64,000 nt of DNA from a virus, in IMG/VR virus record IMGVR_UViG_3300045131_002121, positions 1 to 64,000 of that record; one strand, 5' to 3'. The translations under genes were made by a program, and so were the position numbers. Position 1 is the first letter of the stretch. Each line of letters begins with the position of its first letter. Positions 16,633 through 25,954 of this stretch are shown here, piece by piece. The notes under the pieces were generated by a model, which was not told the origin of the DNA, searched no databases, and was given only the letters and a program-made list of their open reading frames with translations.

Positions 16633-19600
16633 ATGCCGATAGGCGGTGGAAACATCATGTACCCCTCGGCAGCGTACGCACCAATTACGCTGTATTGGGA
16701 TACCAATGGTACCAGCATCGGCGCCACAAACTCGACGACGGCCACGGGGACCTGGGGGACCAATAACTTTTGGAGCACGGATCCCGCAGGACTCGTGGCT
16801 ACGAGGGCCTGGATACCCGGTGGTGACGCCGTGTTCTCCGCTGGTAGTAACGCCACCGGGGTCTACACGGTGACAGTATCGGGTTTGCAGCCTGTAAGAA
16901 ACATCACTGTTCGCAATGGCACGATTACGTTCACGACCGGCACACTACAAATCGCGCCGAGTGCTCAATGGTATAACGAGACATCAAATCTGGTTTCGGT
17001 TACCGCTGGGATCCGGTACACGAACACACTCACCCTGAAAAGTGGGGCATGGGTGATCACGAGTGCGGCGAGTGTGGGCACCGCAGGGGTTACCTTAGAT
17101 GGCAATGGAGTCTGGGTACGGTCAGGTCACGCCAACTCTTTTGGAACAGGTATTCTAACTCTGAAGGACGGAAAATTGAGTTCCGACTCTGGTGCTGCCC
17201 GCGCCTTTACCAGTGGTCTCCTGATCTCGGCTTCTATCACTCTTGGAGATTTAACTAACACCGGGGCACTCTCCTTTGGGTCCAGCCAATCCATCACGAA
17301 TCCAGCGGTGATCACTGCCTTGAGCAATGTCACCTTTGGCACCAACATGACTTGGGATGGCAACGCCATCACTTTTAGAGGCCCCGGAGTAGTCACACAG
17401 ACCTCGACTATCCCGGCGGCGTCGCATACAGGATCTATAACTATTGGCGATGGCACCACTTTCTCCGGCAACAACGTCGGGGGAATCGTGTCGGTGGGCA
17501 GTCAGAATAATTTGGGAAGTGGTGAGGTCACCGTCAATTATGGGGGCAGTCTGCTCTTTAGTGGGCTCTTCACGCCAACGAACATTATCACGGTCAACGC
17601 CGGAGGCACGCTCAATGCACTCTCCAATGTTCATGGGGTTTACGGCAGCGCCCCTGGTACACTCATTGTGCGCAGCATGGCCACTCTGGCTGAGGTGTCC
17701 AACACGGAGTTCCGGGTCACGGGCAACACATTCCCCGCCGCTGGTGTCCTGATAGGGGCCAACAATGGTAACAGATTGTTTATCGGCGACCGTGATGGGA
17801 GCTACATAAATTCGCAACCCTATCCCATACTCACTGGTACGATGGTCTTCAATCAGGTCGGTCCTAATGCTGCTAATGGTTTCTTTTTTGGTCCACTCAA
17901 CACCGGCACTGCTCCGACAATTGCGTTCAATAATTCGGTTCCTTTGGTGAGCGGCATCAATTTCAATGGCACCACTTTGGGTGGCGATCTCACCCTCGCC
18001 GGCAGTGGCAACACCGGTCTGACGGGCCTGGTGCCCACTGGTGCGGCGGGTGTGTTGGGGACAGTCAGTGGCAATCATGCGGTTACCGTGAACATGGCTC
18101 CAACTGGGGCGGTGTCGCTCACCGATCATGCCACGACCAAGTTGACCACGTTGACCGTCAATTCAGGCACCGCCATCGTCAGTACCGATCTGGGTAGCAA
18201 TACCGCACAACTCAATGGCGGCGGCATCCGCATGGGCACCGCCATCAGTTCGGCCATCAACGTCGGCGCCAATGGCGGCGTGCTCGAAACCGCTTCGGCC
18301 TTGAGTTACACCGGCAATCTGACGGCAACCGCAGGAGCATCCAACCTTGTCCTCCGCAGTGCAGGCGGCGCCCTGACGATTGCGACCGGCACGAATACCG
18401 GCCTTAACGCTGGGATCACCCTCGCCACCGCCGGAACGCCCAGGAGCGTTTATTTCAATGGGACGGCTACCCAACTCCCCAACGCCGCTTACAACATCAC
18501 CATCCCCGCCGGTATCTCCTTCGGCGGCACGGCAGTCAATACCAGCGCCTACACCAACAAGGGTCGCTTCGTCCTCCAAAGCGGTACAACCGACGCGGTC
18601 TATGACATCGACGCCCACGACACCTCGCCCAATCTGTCGGACACAGGTCTGGACAAGGATGTCTGGATCGGTTTGTCAGGTACAGCCCTGGCCGCCAGCG
18701 GGTACACGCTTCGCACCACTGGGAGTTACCAGAACGATTACCGCGTCGTCCCCATCGCTACCACCACCCAGAATAACACCGTTTTCACCGGCGCGGGTAA
18801 GAACCTGATCGTTTCCACAGGTGTCGTGCCCACCGACGTCAATTCCAGCGCCACCGACGTCCTGGGCAGTGGCTTCGCGCTAACCATCACCGCCGCCCAG
18901 AACTACACCGGCTCGACCACTGTCCAGGGCACCGTCAAGAACGCCCTGATGGGCGGCGGGGTGAGTGGGCCGACACTGGGGATTGGGGCGCTCGGTGACT
19001 TGTCGGGTACGACCGGCATCACACTGGACAAGTCAGCTACGATGATCACCAGCGGCGGCCCGGCCAACTACGGCCGCATCACCGCCGCCAATGTGCCCAT
19101 CACTGTCAAGGGCGGCGCGATGTTGACGGATGGTTCTCTCAACAACAACGAAAACATCGGTGTAACCGATCGCATCGTCACATCTGCCGACCTGACCCTC
19201 GGCGGCGACACCGGCGGCGGCGCATTCCGCATGGCGTTCCCGGTATCGGGCATCCATGCCCAGACGCTCGACGCCCTTACCGTGAACGCTGGTTATAGCG
19301 CCATAACCAGCATCAACTCCGGCAGTACAGCGAACCTGACCTTCAGCGGCGGGGCCAAGGTGACCCGCAGTACCGGCGGCGTGCTTGCCATCGCGACCGT
19401 CACCAATTACAACATCGCCTTCACCGCCGCCCCCAATGCCACCGGCATGGTCTCCGGTGGCACGTACCCCATCCTTATCGGTGTGGTCAGAGGGCCGAGT
19501 GTGGGTGGTGGGATTCAACCGACCGAATGGGTGGCCGCAGGCGCAGGTGGTCTGGCCTCCACGACCTATGTCAACAACGACTATAGTTCGGCCAACAATA

Positions 19601-21864
19601 ACGTAGATGCTACCGCCAGTGCCAATATCGCCGCAGGCAGCACGATTAACTCGTTGCGGTCCATTGCTACCGCCACGCTCACCCTCGCTGGCAATCTGAC
19701 TATCAATTCTGGTGGTATCCTAATGGACCCCGGGGCCGGCAATAAAACGTACAGCATCACCGGCGGGACGCTTCGTTCCGGTGTTGATGAATTGATCATC
19801 TTCGGTAACTATGGGGCTGGAAATGCTCTGACCATCAGTTCTCAGATCACCGGTGCAAACCCGCAGAACATCACGTTGGCCGGCGACAATACTCGCACCA
19901 CGGTCACCCTCTCCAACGCCAGCAACTCGGTTGGCAACATCTACATCTATGGCGGCACGTTGATTTCCAGCGTCGCCGGGGCACTTACTACCGGCAGTAC
20001 CGACACGATCTATATGTTCGGCGGCTTTCTCAGTTTTCCCAACAGCACGACGCAGGACTACGCCGGCCGCAAACTCGTCGTCGGCCCAGCCGGCAGCACT
20101 TACATCGACGGGGGTACAGCAGCGGTGAGTTCGCTAGGCGGTGCGGTCACGCTCAACGGCAACCTGAACGTCACGGGTTTGGGCAACAAGACTCTCTCCG
20201 GCAACATTGGCACCGCACTCGGCATCGAGGGTGGTGGGCAGGGCACGATCACAGCCCAGACCAATGCCGGGCGACTCACCCTCAGCGGCAACAACCAATA
20301 CTGGACCGGCGGCCTGAGGGTTGGCAACGGCATGCAGGTACGTCTGAATCACGCCAATGCCGCTGGCAGCGGTCCCCTCGTCAACCACGGGGCCATCGGC
20401 ATCATCGAGTTCACCAGTAACTTCGGCACGAGTCTGGCCAACGATGTCATCGGCTCGGTTAGTACATCCGAGACCCTCATCAGTAACGCGAAGACCGACG
20501 CAGCGGTAACCCTGAGTGGTCGGATCTATTCCGTCGGCGGCCTGACCTTCCAGGGCTACGACAACGCAGGTGCCGTCAGCGAAACCGTCCTATCCGGCAC
20601 CCTGTCCATCTCTGGCATCCCCGACATCTATTCTTACGGCGATACCTCCAACCTACAGCGCTTCGTCAATGGCCAGGGCGGCATCAACTCAGGCATCACC
20701 AAGTACCAGACCACCACGGCGTTGACCTATGGCACCGCTGGTTTCCTGGCCTATGCGGGTGGCACCACGACGGCGGTCGAAAACGGCGCCGAGGGCTATG
20801 TCCGGTTTAGTGGCGCCAACAGTTTCATCCCCGGTGCCGTCGGACCCGGATACCTCGCAGCCCTCCGCAAGGGGGGTGCCAGCGCTTTGAACTACGGCTA
20901 CCTACTCACCGCAGGCAGCACCTACAGGCTTCCCCAAGGAAAATCCTTTGTCCTCGGCACCCTGGGCTCCGGCACCGCCCAGGTCGGCACCCTGGGCGCC
21001 ACGGGTTCTGGAACCGCCAACCTGGATGGTGGCACCAAACATGAGGCCAGCACCGGCCAACTCCTCGCCGGTCTCTACGGCGGCGACATCAATATCCACG
21101 GCAACGCCAGCGGGGATACCGGGAGTCTCAAACTCCTGACCCGGGACGCCGACACCACCCTGGTCCTGGGCAATACAAGCCAAGTCGTGTTCACCCCAAC
21201 CTGGGGCGACAGCGGTGGCCAGTCCTGCATGACATTGATGCGCCACCGCAGTGGCAACACCACGCTGCGCAAAACTGGTCTGGGTACCCTGGTAGTCAAG
21301 AACACTGCCTATAACCAGGTCAGTGGAGTCGATGCCCGTGGTACCTTTACCTGGCAAGTCGATGCTGGAACCCTGCGGTATGATCAGGTTGATACCGGCA
21401 CCGACGCCGATTATTTGGGTTTCAACGTCAATAGCACTGCAACCCTGGCTGGATCGGGAACGATCAAGGCAAGTGTATCCGTGGTCTCCGGTACTCTCAA
21501 CCCAGGCAGTGCGACGAGCCCAGCAGCGTTGACCATGAAGTCACTCACGCTGAACGACTCCAGTGCGGTAGTCGCCCTTGATCTCGCCGGGGATACCGCG
21601 GGGACCCAGTATGACCAGCTCGTGATCCCAAGCGGAGGTGATGGTGTTTTCCTGAACAATGCCACGCTTGCCATTGTATTGAGCTATTCTCCTGCTGTAG
21701 GTAAAGTATTTACCATTATTGACAGGCAGTCCGCCGGGGCCGTCACCGGGGTGTTCAATGGGCTCGCCGAGGGTGCCACTGTTGCGAGCACGGGGATCAC
21801 GCGTAATTTCACCATATCATACGTTGGCGGCGACGGGAATGATGTCACACTAACCGCGCAATAA
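16633..21864 (+). CDS. giant beta-helix/autotransporter-associated beta-strand repeat protein (putative receptor-binding fibre/adhesin)
   Basis: ATG 16633 directly follows the upstream stop; LYWDTNGT...TGTW...FWSTD N-terminus; G/T/N-rich repeats (LTLSGNNQYWTGG, LRKTGLGTLVV); C-terminal YDQL...FTIID...FTISYVGGDGNDVTL; no beta-barrel or PEP-CTERM. Confidence 0.75.
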   Translation: MPIGGGNIMYPSAAYAPITLYWDTNGTSIGATNSTTATGTWGTNNFWSTDPAGLVATRAWIPGGDAVFSAGSNATGVYTVTVSGLQPVRNITVRNGTITFTTGTLQIAPSAQWYNETSNLVSVTAGIRYTNTLTLKSGAWVITSAASVGTAGVTLDGNGVWVRSGHANSFGTGILTLKDGKLSSDSGAARAFTSGLLISASITLGDLTNTGALSFGSSQSITNPAVITALSNVTFGTNMTWDGNAITFRGPGVVTQTSTIPAASHTGSITIGDGTTFSGNNVGGIVSVGSQNNLGSGEVTVNYGGSLLFSGLFTPTNIITVNAGGTLNALSNVHGVYGSAPGTLIVRSMATLAEVSNTEFRVTGNTFPAAGVLIGANNGNRLFIGDRDGSYINSQPYPILTGTMVFNQVGPNAANGFFFGPLNTGTAPTIAFNNSVPLVSGINFNGTTLGGDLTLAGSGNTGLTGLVPTGAAGVLGTVSGNHAVTVNMAPTGAVSLTDHATTKLTTLTVNSGTAIVSTDLGSNTAQLNGGGIRMGTAISSAINVGANGGVLETASALSYTGNLTATAGASNLVLRSAGGALTIATGTNTGLNAGITLATAGTPRSVYFNGTATQLPNAAYNITIPAGISFGGTAVNTSAYTNKGRFVLQSGTTDAVYDIDAHDTSPNLSDTGLDKDVWIGLSGTALAASGYTLRTTGSYQNDYRVVPIATTTQNNTVFTGAGKNLIVSTGVVPTDVNSSATDVLGSGFALTITAAQNYTGSTTVQGTVKNALMGGGVSGPTLGIGALGDLSGTTGITLDKSATMITSGGPANYGRITAANVPITVKGGAMLTDGSLNNNENIGVTDRIVTSADLTLGGDTGGGAFRMAFPVSGIHAQTLDALTVNAGYSAITSINSGSTANLTFSGGAKVTRSTGGVLAIATVTNYNIAFTAAPNATGMVSGGTYPILIGVVRGPSVGGGIQPTEWVAAGAGGLASTTYVNNDYSSANNNVDATASANIAAGSTINSLRSIATATLTLAGNLTINSGGILMDPGAGNKTYSITGGTLRSGVDELIIFGNYGAGNALTISSQITGANPQNITLAGDNTRTTVTLSNASNSVGNIYIYGGTLISSVAGALTTGSTDTIYMFGGFLSFPNSTTQDYAGRKLVVGPAGSTYIDGGTAAVSSLGGAVTLNGNLNVTGLGNKTLSGNIGTALGIEGGGQGTITAQTNAGRLTLSGNNQYWTGGLRVGNGMQVRLNHANAAGSGPLVNHGAIGIIEFTSNFGTSLANDVIGSVSTSETLISNAKTDAAVTLSGRIYSVGGLTFQGYDNAGAVSETVLSGTLSISGIPDIYSYGDTSNLQRFVNGQGGINSGITKYQTTTALTYGTAGFLAYAGGTTTAVENGAEGYVRFSGANSFIPGAVGPGYLAALRKGGASALNYGYLLTAGSTYRLPQGKSFVLGTLGSGTAQVGTLGATGSGTANLDGGTKHEASTGQLLAGLYGGDINIHGNASGDTGSLKLLTRDADTTLVLGNTSQVVFTPTWGDSGGQSCMTLMRHRSGNTTLRKTGLGTLVVKNTAYNQVSGVDARGTFTWQVDAGTLRYDQVDTGTDADYLGFNVNSTATLAGSGTIKASVSVVSGTLNPGSATSPAALTMKSLTLNDSSAVVALDLAGDTAGTQYDQLVIPSGGDGVFLNNATLAIVLSYSPAVGKVFTIIDRQSAGAVTGVFNGLAEGATVASTGITRNFTISYVGGDGNDVTLTAQ

Positions 21865-21880
21865 CGAAAGAGAGATAGCC

Positions 21881-22465
21881 ATGCCCTACAAGATACCTAA
21901 ATATACCCCAAACGTGGAACCCGGGGAAAAGCGGCGGCGCATCTGGCGCAACGAGAATGAGAATCCGCTGTCGGGTACTCCCTATGCACGGATGCACGAA
22001 GAAGAGGCGGTCCTCGTCGAGGATGACGACGGCAACCTCGTCGAGCGCTCATTTGGCAATCGCCCACCACCCCTGACGCATGTCCCCAAGGACCCCAACG
22101 AAGTCGTCGAACTCAGGAGTCTCGTGGATGACACCTTGCTCGGGCAGACCACGCTAGGCATGGTTCATACCATGATCTACTCCCTGGGCCGTCACATGCA
22201 GAAACTCCGCGATATCGCGGAGACCGCACGTATCAAGGCAGAGGAAGTCGCCGCGGCCACGGAGGCCGCACGTCTCGCCCGTGTAGCCGCCGACAATGCC
22301 TTATGTGATGCCGGCCGCCTCGCCGATTTCGCCGCTGCGCTGCCTGCAGGTGAAGAGAAGGTCGCCGCTGAACAGATAGCATTGGATGCCGCTGCAGCAG
22401 CTGCGCTTCTGGTCGCCGAAGCCGACAGGCTGGATGCCGTTCTCGCCGCGCTCATCGCATCCTAG
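21881..22465 (+). CDS. hypothetical protein, possible fibre-assembly chaperone; Ala-rich helix
   Basis: Position directly after the fibre genes; good start context. Confidence 0.55.
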   Translation: MPYKIPKYTPNVEPGEKRRRIWRNENENPLSGTPYARMHEEEAVLVEDDDGNLVERSFGNRPPPLTHVPKDPNEVVELRSLVDDTLLGQTTLGMVHTMIYSLGRHMQKLRDIAETARIKAEEVAAATEAARLARVAADNALCDAGRLADFAAALPAGEEKVAAEQIALDAAAAAALLVAEADRLDAVLAALIAS

Positions 22466-22585
22466 TACATCGGATGAACCCGCGTGGAGATGTCGTGCCA
22501 GGCGGGTAGGTTGCTCTCTGGATGGCTGCCATCAGAATCCTCATTACTCACCTGCTCGCAGCAGGAGGTGAGTACACCCACCCAT

Positions 22586-22606
22586 GCCTGCGTAGTCAGG
22601 CTTTTT
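22586..22606 (+). terminator. weak terminator-like hairpin
   Basis: GCCTG-CGTAGT-CAGGC-TTTTT directly before the AAGGAG RBS of the next gene. Confidence 0.4.
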
Positions 22607-22618
22607 CAAGGAGATTCC

Positions 22619-23014
22619 ATGAAGATTTCAAACCGCGGCATCCTCGAGCTTCGTCAGGCCCTGATCGCTCTCGATGGACTCCCAACCCCGACGTCTCTTG
22701 AGAACAGGAACGCGCAGACGTATTTGAAACCATATGACTTCACGGGAACCGTGCGTTTCAGAATTGGTAAGACACTGAATGCACTTAAACCAATAGCGGA
22801 AGCCATTGAAAAGGCGGGCGATGAAGTCACCCGGAAGTATGCTGTGGATAACATGATTCCGGGGCCAATGGTGAGTGCGTACACCGTTGAGCGCACCGAA
22901 CTCATGGATGTCGAGAATGAAATCGACATTCCCAAATTGACTGAAGCCGATCTCAAACTCGACGTCAATGCGATCCCCGGCAGCGTCCTCAGCATTTTGT
23001 CCGTTATGATGTGA
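22619..23014 (+). CDS. hypothetical phage protein (resembles small tail-region DUF1617-like proteins)
   Basis: AAGGAG RBS before ATG 22619; FRIGKTLNALK...VTRKY...ELMDVENEIDI. Confidence 0.55.
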   Translation: MKISNRGILELRQALIALDGLPTPTSLENRNAQTYLKPYDFTGTVRFRIGKTLNALKPIAEAIEKAGDEVTRKYAVDNMIPGPMVSAYTVERTELMDVENEIDIPKLTEADLKLDVNAIPGSVLSILSVMM

Positions 23015-23045
23015 TCTCATCGCGTGGTCCACGCAGGAGCCCAAG

Positions 23046-23867
23046 ATGCCTATTGTCGGTGATGCCAAGAAAGTTCGGAACTCCATGGAAGACACCTACG
23101 GCAGTAAGGAAAAGGCCGAACGCGTGTTTTATGCGACTGCGAATAAGCAGAAGCGTGACCACAAGAACTGGAAGAAGGAGGCCTGGGAGCTCGGCCTTGG
23201 AAAGGTGGCTGTGGAGATCCTCCGTGGAGGTGAAGGTGACGGGATCGCCGCTGATCAACTCGATCCCCAGGCACTTGCCAAGGGAATGAAAGAAGAGGGG
23301 GAGCACACATCCAATCTGGCCCTGCGCAAAGAGATCGCCACTGATCACCTCGCCAAGGATCGCAAGTATTACGATAAGCTGGAAAAGATGGAGAAGAAGG
23401 CGGTTGCACCACCTCCATCGACTCAGCTTCCAGTGGCTAAGCTCCCAGGCCCAGGGACAGGTGCAACTAGGCCACCGATCCAGAACAGGCCGGTGACATC
23501 AACCACGCAGCTTCCCCAGCAACCCCCTGCGCAAAAAGGCGGCGGCCTCCAACTGATCCCTAATAATGGACCCTGTGATCAAGTTGTACCACCTCAGAAT
23601 AGATCGAAGACTTTGAAGACTTCGGTGGCCGGTGGGGTCCCCGGGGGTAAGGCAAGTGTTACGAGCCCAATTGGAGCCCACGCGGCATCGACATCGATGA
23701 CCACTCCGGTATCGCCTCAAATAGGCTCAGTGGCTCAGCCATTGAAGTCCCCGGCGAGTCCTGGGTTCTCAGATGACCTCAGTGCATCGCAACCCACCCA
23801 GGTGAAGACATCAGTTGAACTCCGCAGACTCGGCGCCTATGCGATCCGGTATCTCGGAGGCATCTGA
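23046..23867 (+). CDS. modular virion-cargo-like protein with DUF5661-like domain
   Basis: YGSKEKAERVFYATANK module; GMKEEGEHT...EIATDHL....YYDKL; modules delimited by KEA/KVA/KKA/KTS. Confidence 0.65.
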   Translation: MPIVGDAKKVRNSMEDTYGSKEKAERVFYATANKQKRDHKNWKKEAWELGLGKVAVEILRGGEGDGIAADQLDPQALAKGMKEEGEHTSNLALRKEIATDHLAKDRKYYDKLEKMEKKAVAPPPSTQLPVAKLPGPGTGATRPPIQNRPVTSTTQLPQQPPAQKGGGLQLIPNNGPCDQVVPPQNRSKTLKTSVAGGVPGGKASVTSPIGAHAASTSMTTPVSPQIGSVAQPLKSPASPGFSDDLSASQPTQVKTSVELRRLGAYAIRYLGGI

Positions 23868-25954
23868 TGCGTGCTGAGACCAAGATTCCATCTCCGGGTC
23901 GGGGTAGTGATCGCCCCGTGACCAATACACCCATGGCAACACCCACGGGTGGGAATCCTGTCAAGGCAACCAATGCCCACATGGTCGAGGGCAAAACCTT
24001 TCTTGAACTGTTCAGTGGTGGCGACTGCAGGGGGACCTCAGAGGACCACGACCTCCCATCTCCTGCGGAGCGGGTGTGGACCAATGCGAAGAAGATGCTG
24101 CCGGCGAAACCCAAGGATGTCGAGCCCGATGCGGCGACCTGGGCGAAGCAGCGCAGGGATCACAGCTTCGCCAGGGGTCTTGGCAAGAAAGCCGCTGAGA
24201 ACGAACCTACACCTGATAAGCACGAGGGCTCCCCATCACAACTCCTGCGCCCGAGATCCGAACTCATCGCCTTCGATAAGGATGGTGTCGTCGGCATCGA
24301 CAAGGGTGACTACATCCTGTTCCCTGGTGGGGGCATCGATGACGGCGAACCCCCGTTACTCGCCGCGATTCGGGAAGCCATCGAGGAAGCCGATCTCAAG
24401 ATCATTTCTCCGGAGACCCGTGAGATCGTAGAATCGATTTGGCCAAGTGGGGTCAACGACTTCTGGGATGACTCCGCATTCGATGGCGAACGCACCTATT
24501 TCTTCACTGGGGTCCACGAAGGCAAACTGGGGACCACGCACCCGGATCGGGAGGATTTCGATGTGATCCCCTTTGCTACGCTGATCACCAGGCTAAAAGA
24601 ACTCATTGCCAAGAACGACTGGGCCAAGAGGGCTAACGAGGTCCGCCTCGAACTCGTCGAGGCCGCCAGGGACATGGCGAAGAAGGATCCCGAGCTCAAG
24701 GGCAAGAAGTTGGCCAGTGTACCCCGCCAGCATCACGGCTGGGCGCTGTACCGTAACAGTCTTCGGCGCATCTATGCCCCCAAGGATCCCAAGGTCTTCG
24801 TGAAGGCGCTCCAGGACCTCGAGGCTGTCCATGGCCACTACTTCGATGAGGTCCGGAGATTCCCTGATGGCAGAGTCCTGGTTGTCCTCCGCAGCGGGGA
24901 TGCCCCGACCAACGGGGACTTCACGATGGCCAAGCACACCAACACTATCGCCGAGAAGCATGCCGCGGAGATCTCGGGGTCCATGAGAACCCAGAAGTTC
25001 CAGGACAAGGTGCCCTCGGCGGCCCCAGGGCTCCTCGTCGACCTCGATGGTACCGTGGTCGCCGAATGGGATGACGACGCCGGCATCGAGGCCACCCAGA
25101 AGGTACAACCCGGGGTCAAAGAGCTCCTGCAGAAGTTTAAGGCTGCAGGGGTCCGCATCATCGGGGTCACCAATCGCAGTATCATGGGTACGAACACACT
25201 GCCCGATCTCCTCGACTTCAATGAGGAAACCCTTGAGCTCCTCCCTGAAATCGACGACATCGTGTTCTGCACGGATTGCGAAGACGCGGGCAGGAAGCCA
25301 TCCCCCTCGATGCTCGAATACGCCGAGGAAGCGTTTTCCCTGGATCCCGTGCTCTGCATGGTCGGTAACTCCCCTGATGACAAGGGTGCCGCGGAAGCCG
25401 CTGGGGTCACCTACTTCGATGGAGACGAGTTTTTCACAGGCGGGGTCGGAGATGACGTACTGGCCACGCACACCGAGATGCCATTGAAGAAGCAGGCAGA
25501 TGCTGCCGCGCTGCTTCCTAAAACTGAGTACGTCTATTTGGACCCCGAAGGTAAAGTATTGGTCCGACGTGACAGCAACCGTCGGTTTCATTTCCCCACC
25601 GAGGGTAAGGGGGCCCCTGCACCTTACTCGTCCAACGTCCGCGTTCTTCCCGATGAGGGCGTCGCGGAGCCTGGGTACCACGGCTACGACTACGCCTTTC
25701 ATCTCGGTGAAGGCGAGGCACCTGTGGATTTCCCCGGTGAGTGGATCCCCCATGACCAGGTCCTCAAGCAGGTCTACGGGTCCATGGGCCTAGCCATCAA
25801 TAAGCCATTCCGTAATCTTGATCGTGCCAGGGCACGGGTGATTCATCGCGCGATTCGGAAGTCGAAGGCGGTGAAGCCGGAGACCCCGGAGATCCAGAAC
25901 CCAGAAGAAGTCGCACAGGTTACACCGGTGCCCTCACAGGAGTCGCAGTCATGA
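23867..25954 (+). CDS. multidomain protein: Nudix hydrolase + PCD-like + HAD IIIA phosphatase + degenerate Nudix-like
   Basis: Nudix box GGGIDDGEPPLLAAIREAIEEA; HAD motifs DLDGT, VTN, RKPSP, MVGNSPDD. Confidence 0.8.
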   Translation: MRAETKIPSPGRGSDRPVTNTPMATPTGGNPVKATNAHMVEGKTFLELFSGGDCRGTSEDHDLPSPAERVWTNAKKMLPAKPKDVEPDAATWAKQRRDHSFARGLGKKAAENEPTPDKHEGSPSQLLRPRSELIAFDKDGVVGIDKGDYILFPGGGIDDGEPPLLAAIREAIEEADLKIISPETREIVESIWPSGVNDFWDDSAFDGERTYFFTGVHEGKLGTTHPDREDFDVIPFATLITRLKELIAKNDWAKRANEVRLELVEAARDMAKKDPELKGKKLASVPRQHHGWALYRNSLRRIYAPKDPKVFVKALQDLEAVHGHYFDEVRRFPDGRVLVVLRSGDAPTNGDFTMAKHTNTIAEKHAAEISGSMRTQKFQDKVPSAAPGLLVDLDGTVVAEWDDDAGIEATQKVQPGVKELLQKFKAAGVRIIGVTNRSIMGTNTLPDLLDFNEETLELLPEIDDIVFCTDCEDAGRKPSPSMLEYAEEAFSLDPVLCMVGNSPDDKGAAEAAGVTYFDGDEFFTGGVGDDVLATHTEMPLKKQADAAALLPKTEYVYLDPEGKVLVRRDSNRRFHFPTEGKGAPAPYSSNVRVLPDEGVAEPGYHGYDYAFHLGEGEAPVDFPGEWIPHDQVLKQVYGSMGLAINKPFRNLDRARARVIHRAIRKSKAVKPETPEIQNPEEVAQVTPVPSQESQS

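Noticed and set aside
14061-21864. Diversity-generating retroelement or invertible fibre cassette
   Set aside because: No reverse transcriptase or invertase, and no near-identical TR/VR pair differing at adenines was seen
24593-25753. 386-aa minus-strand ORF (similar ones at 17251-18129, 30895-31842, 52078-53151, 59192-60067, 60449-61294)
   Set aside because: Antisense shadows of strongly codon-biased + strand genes; no recognisable motifs
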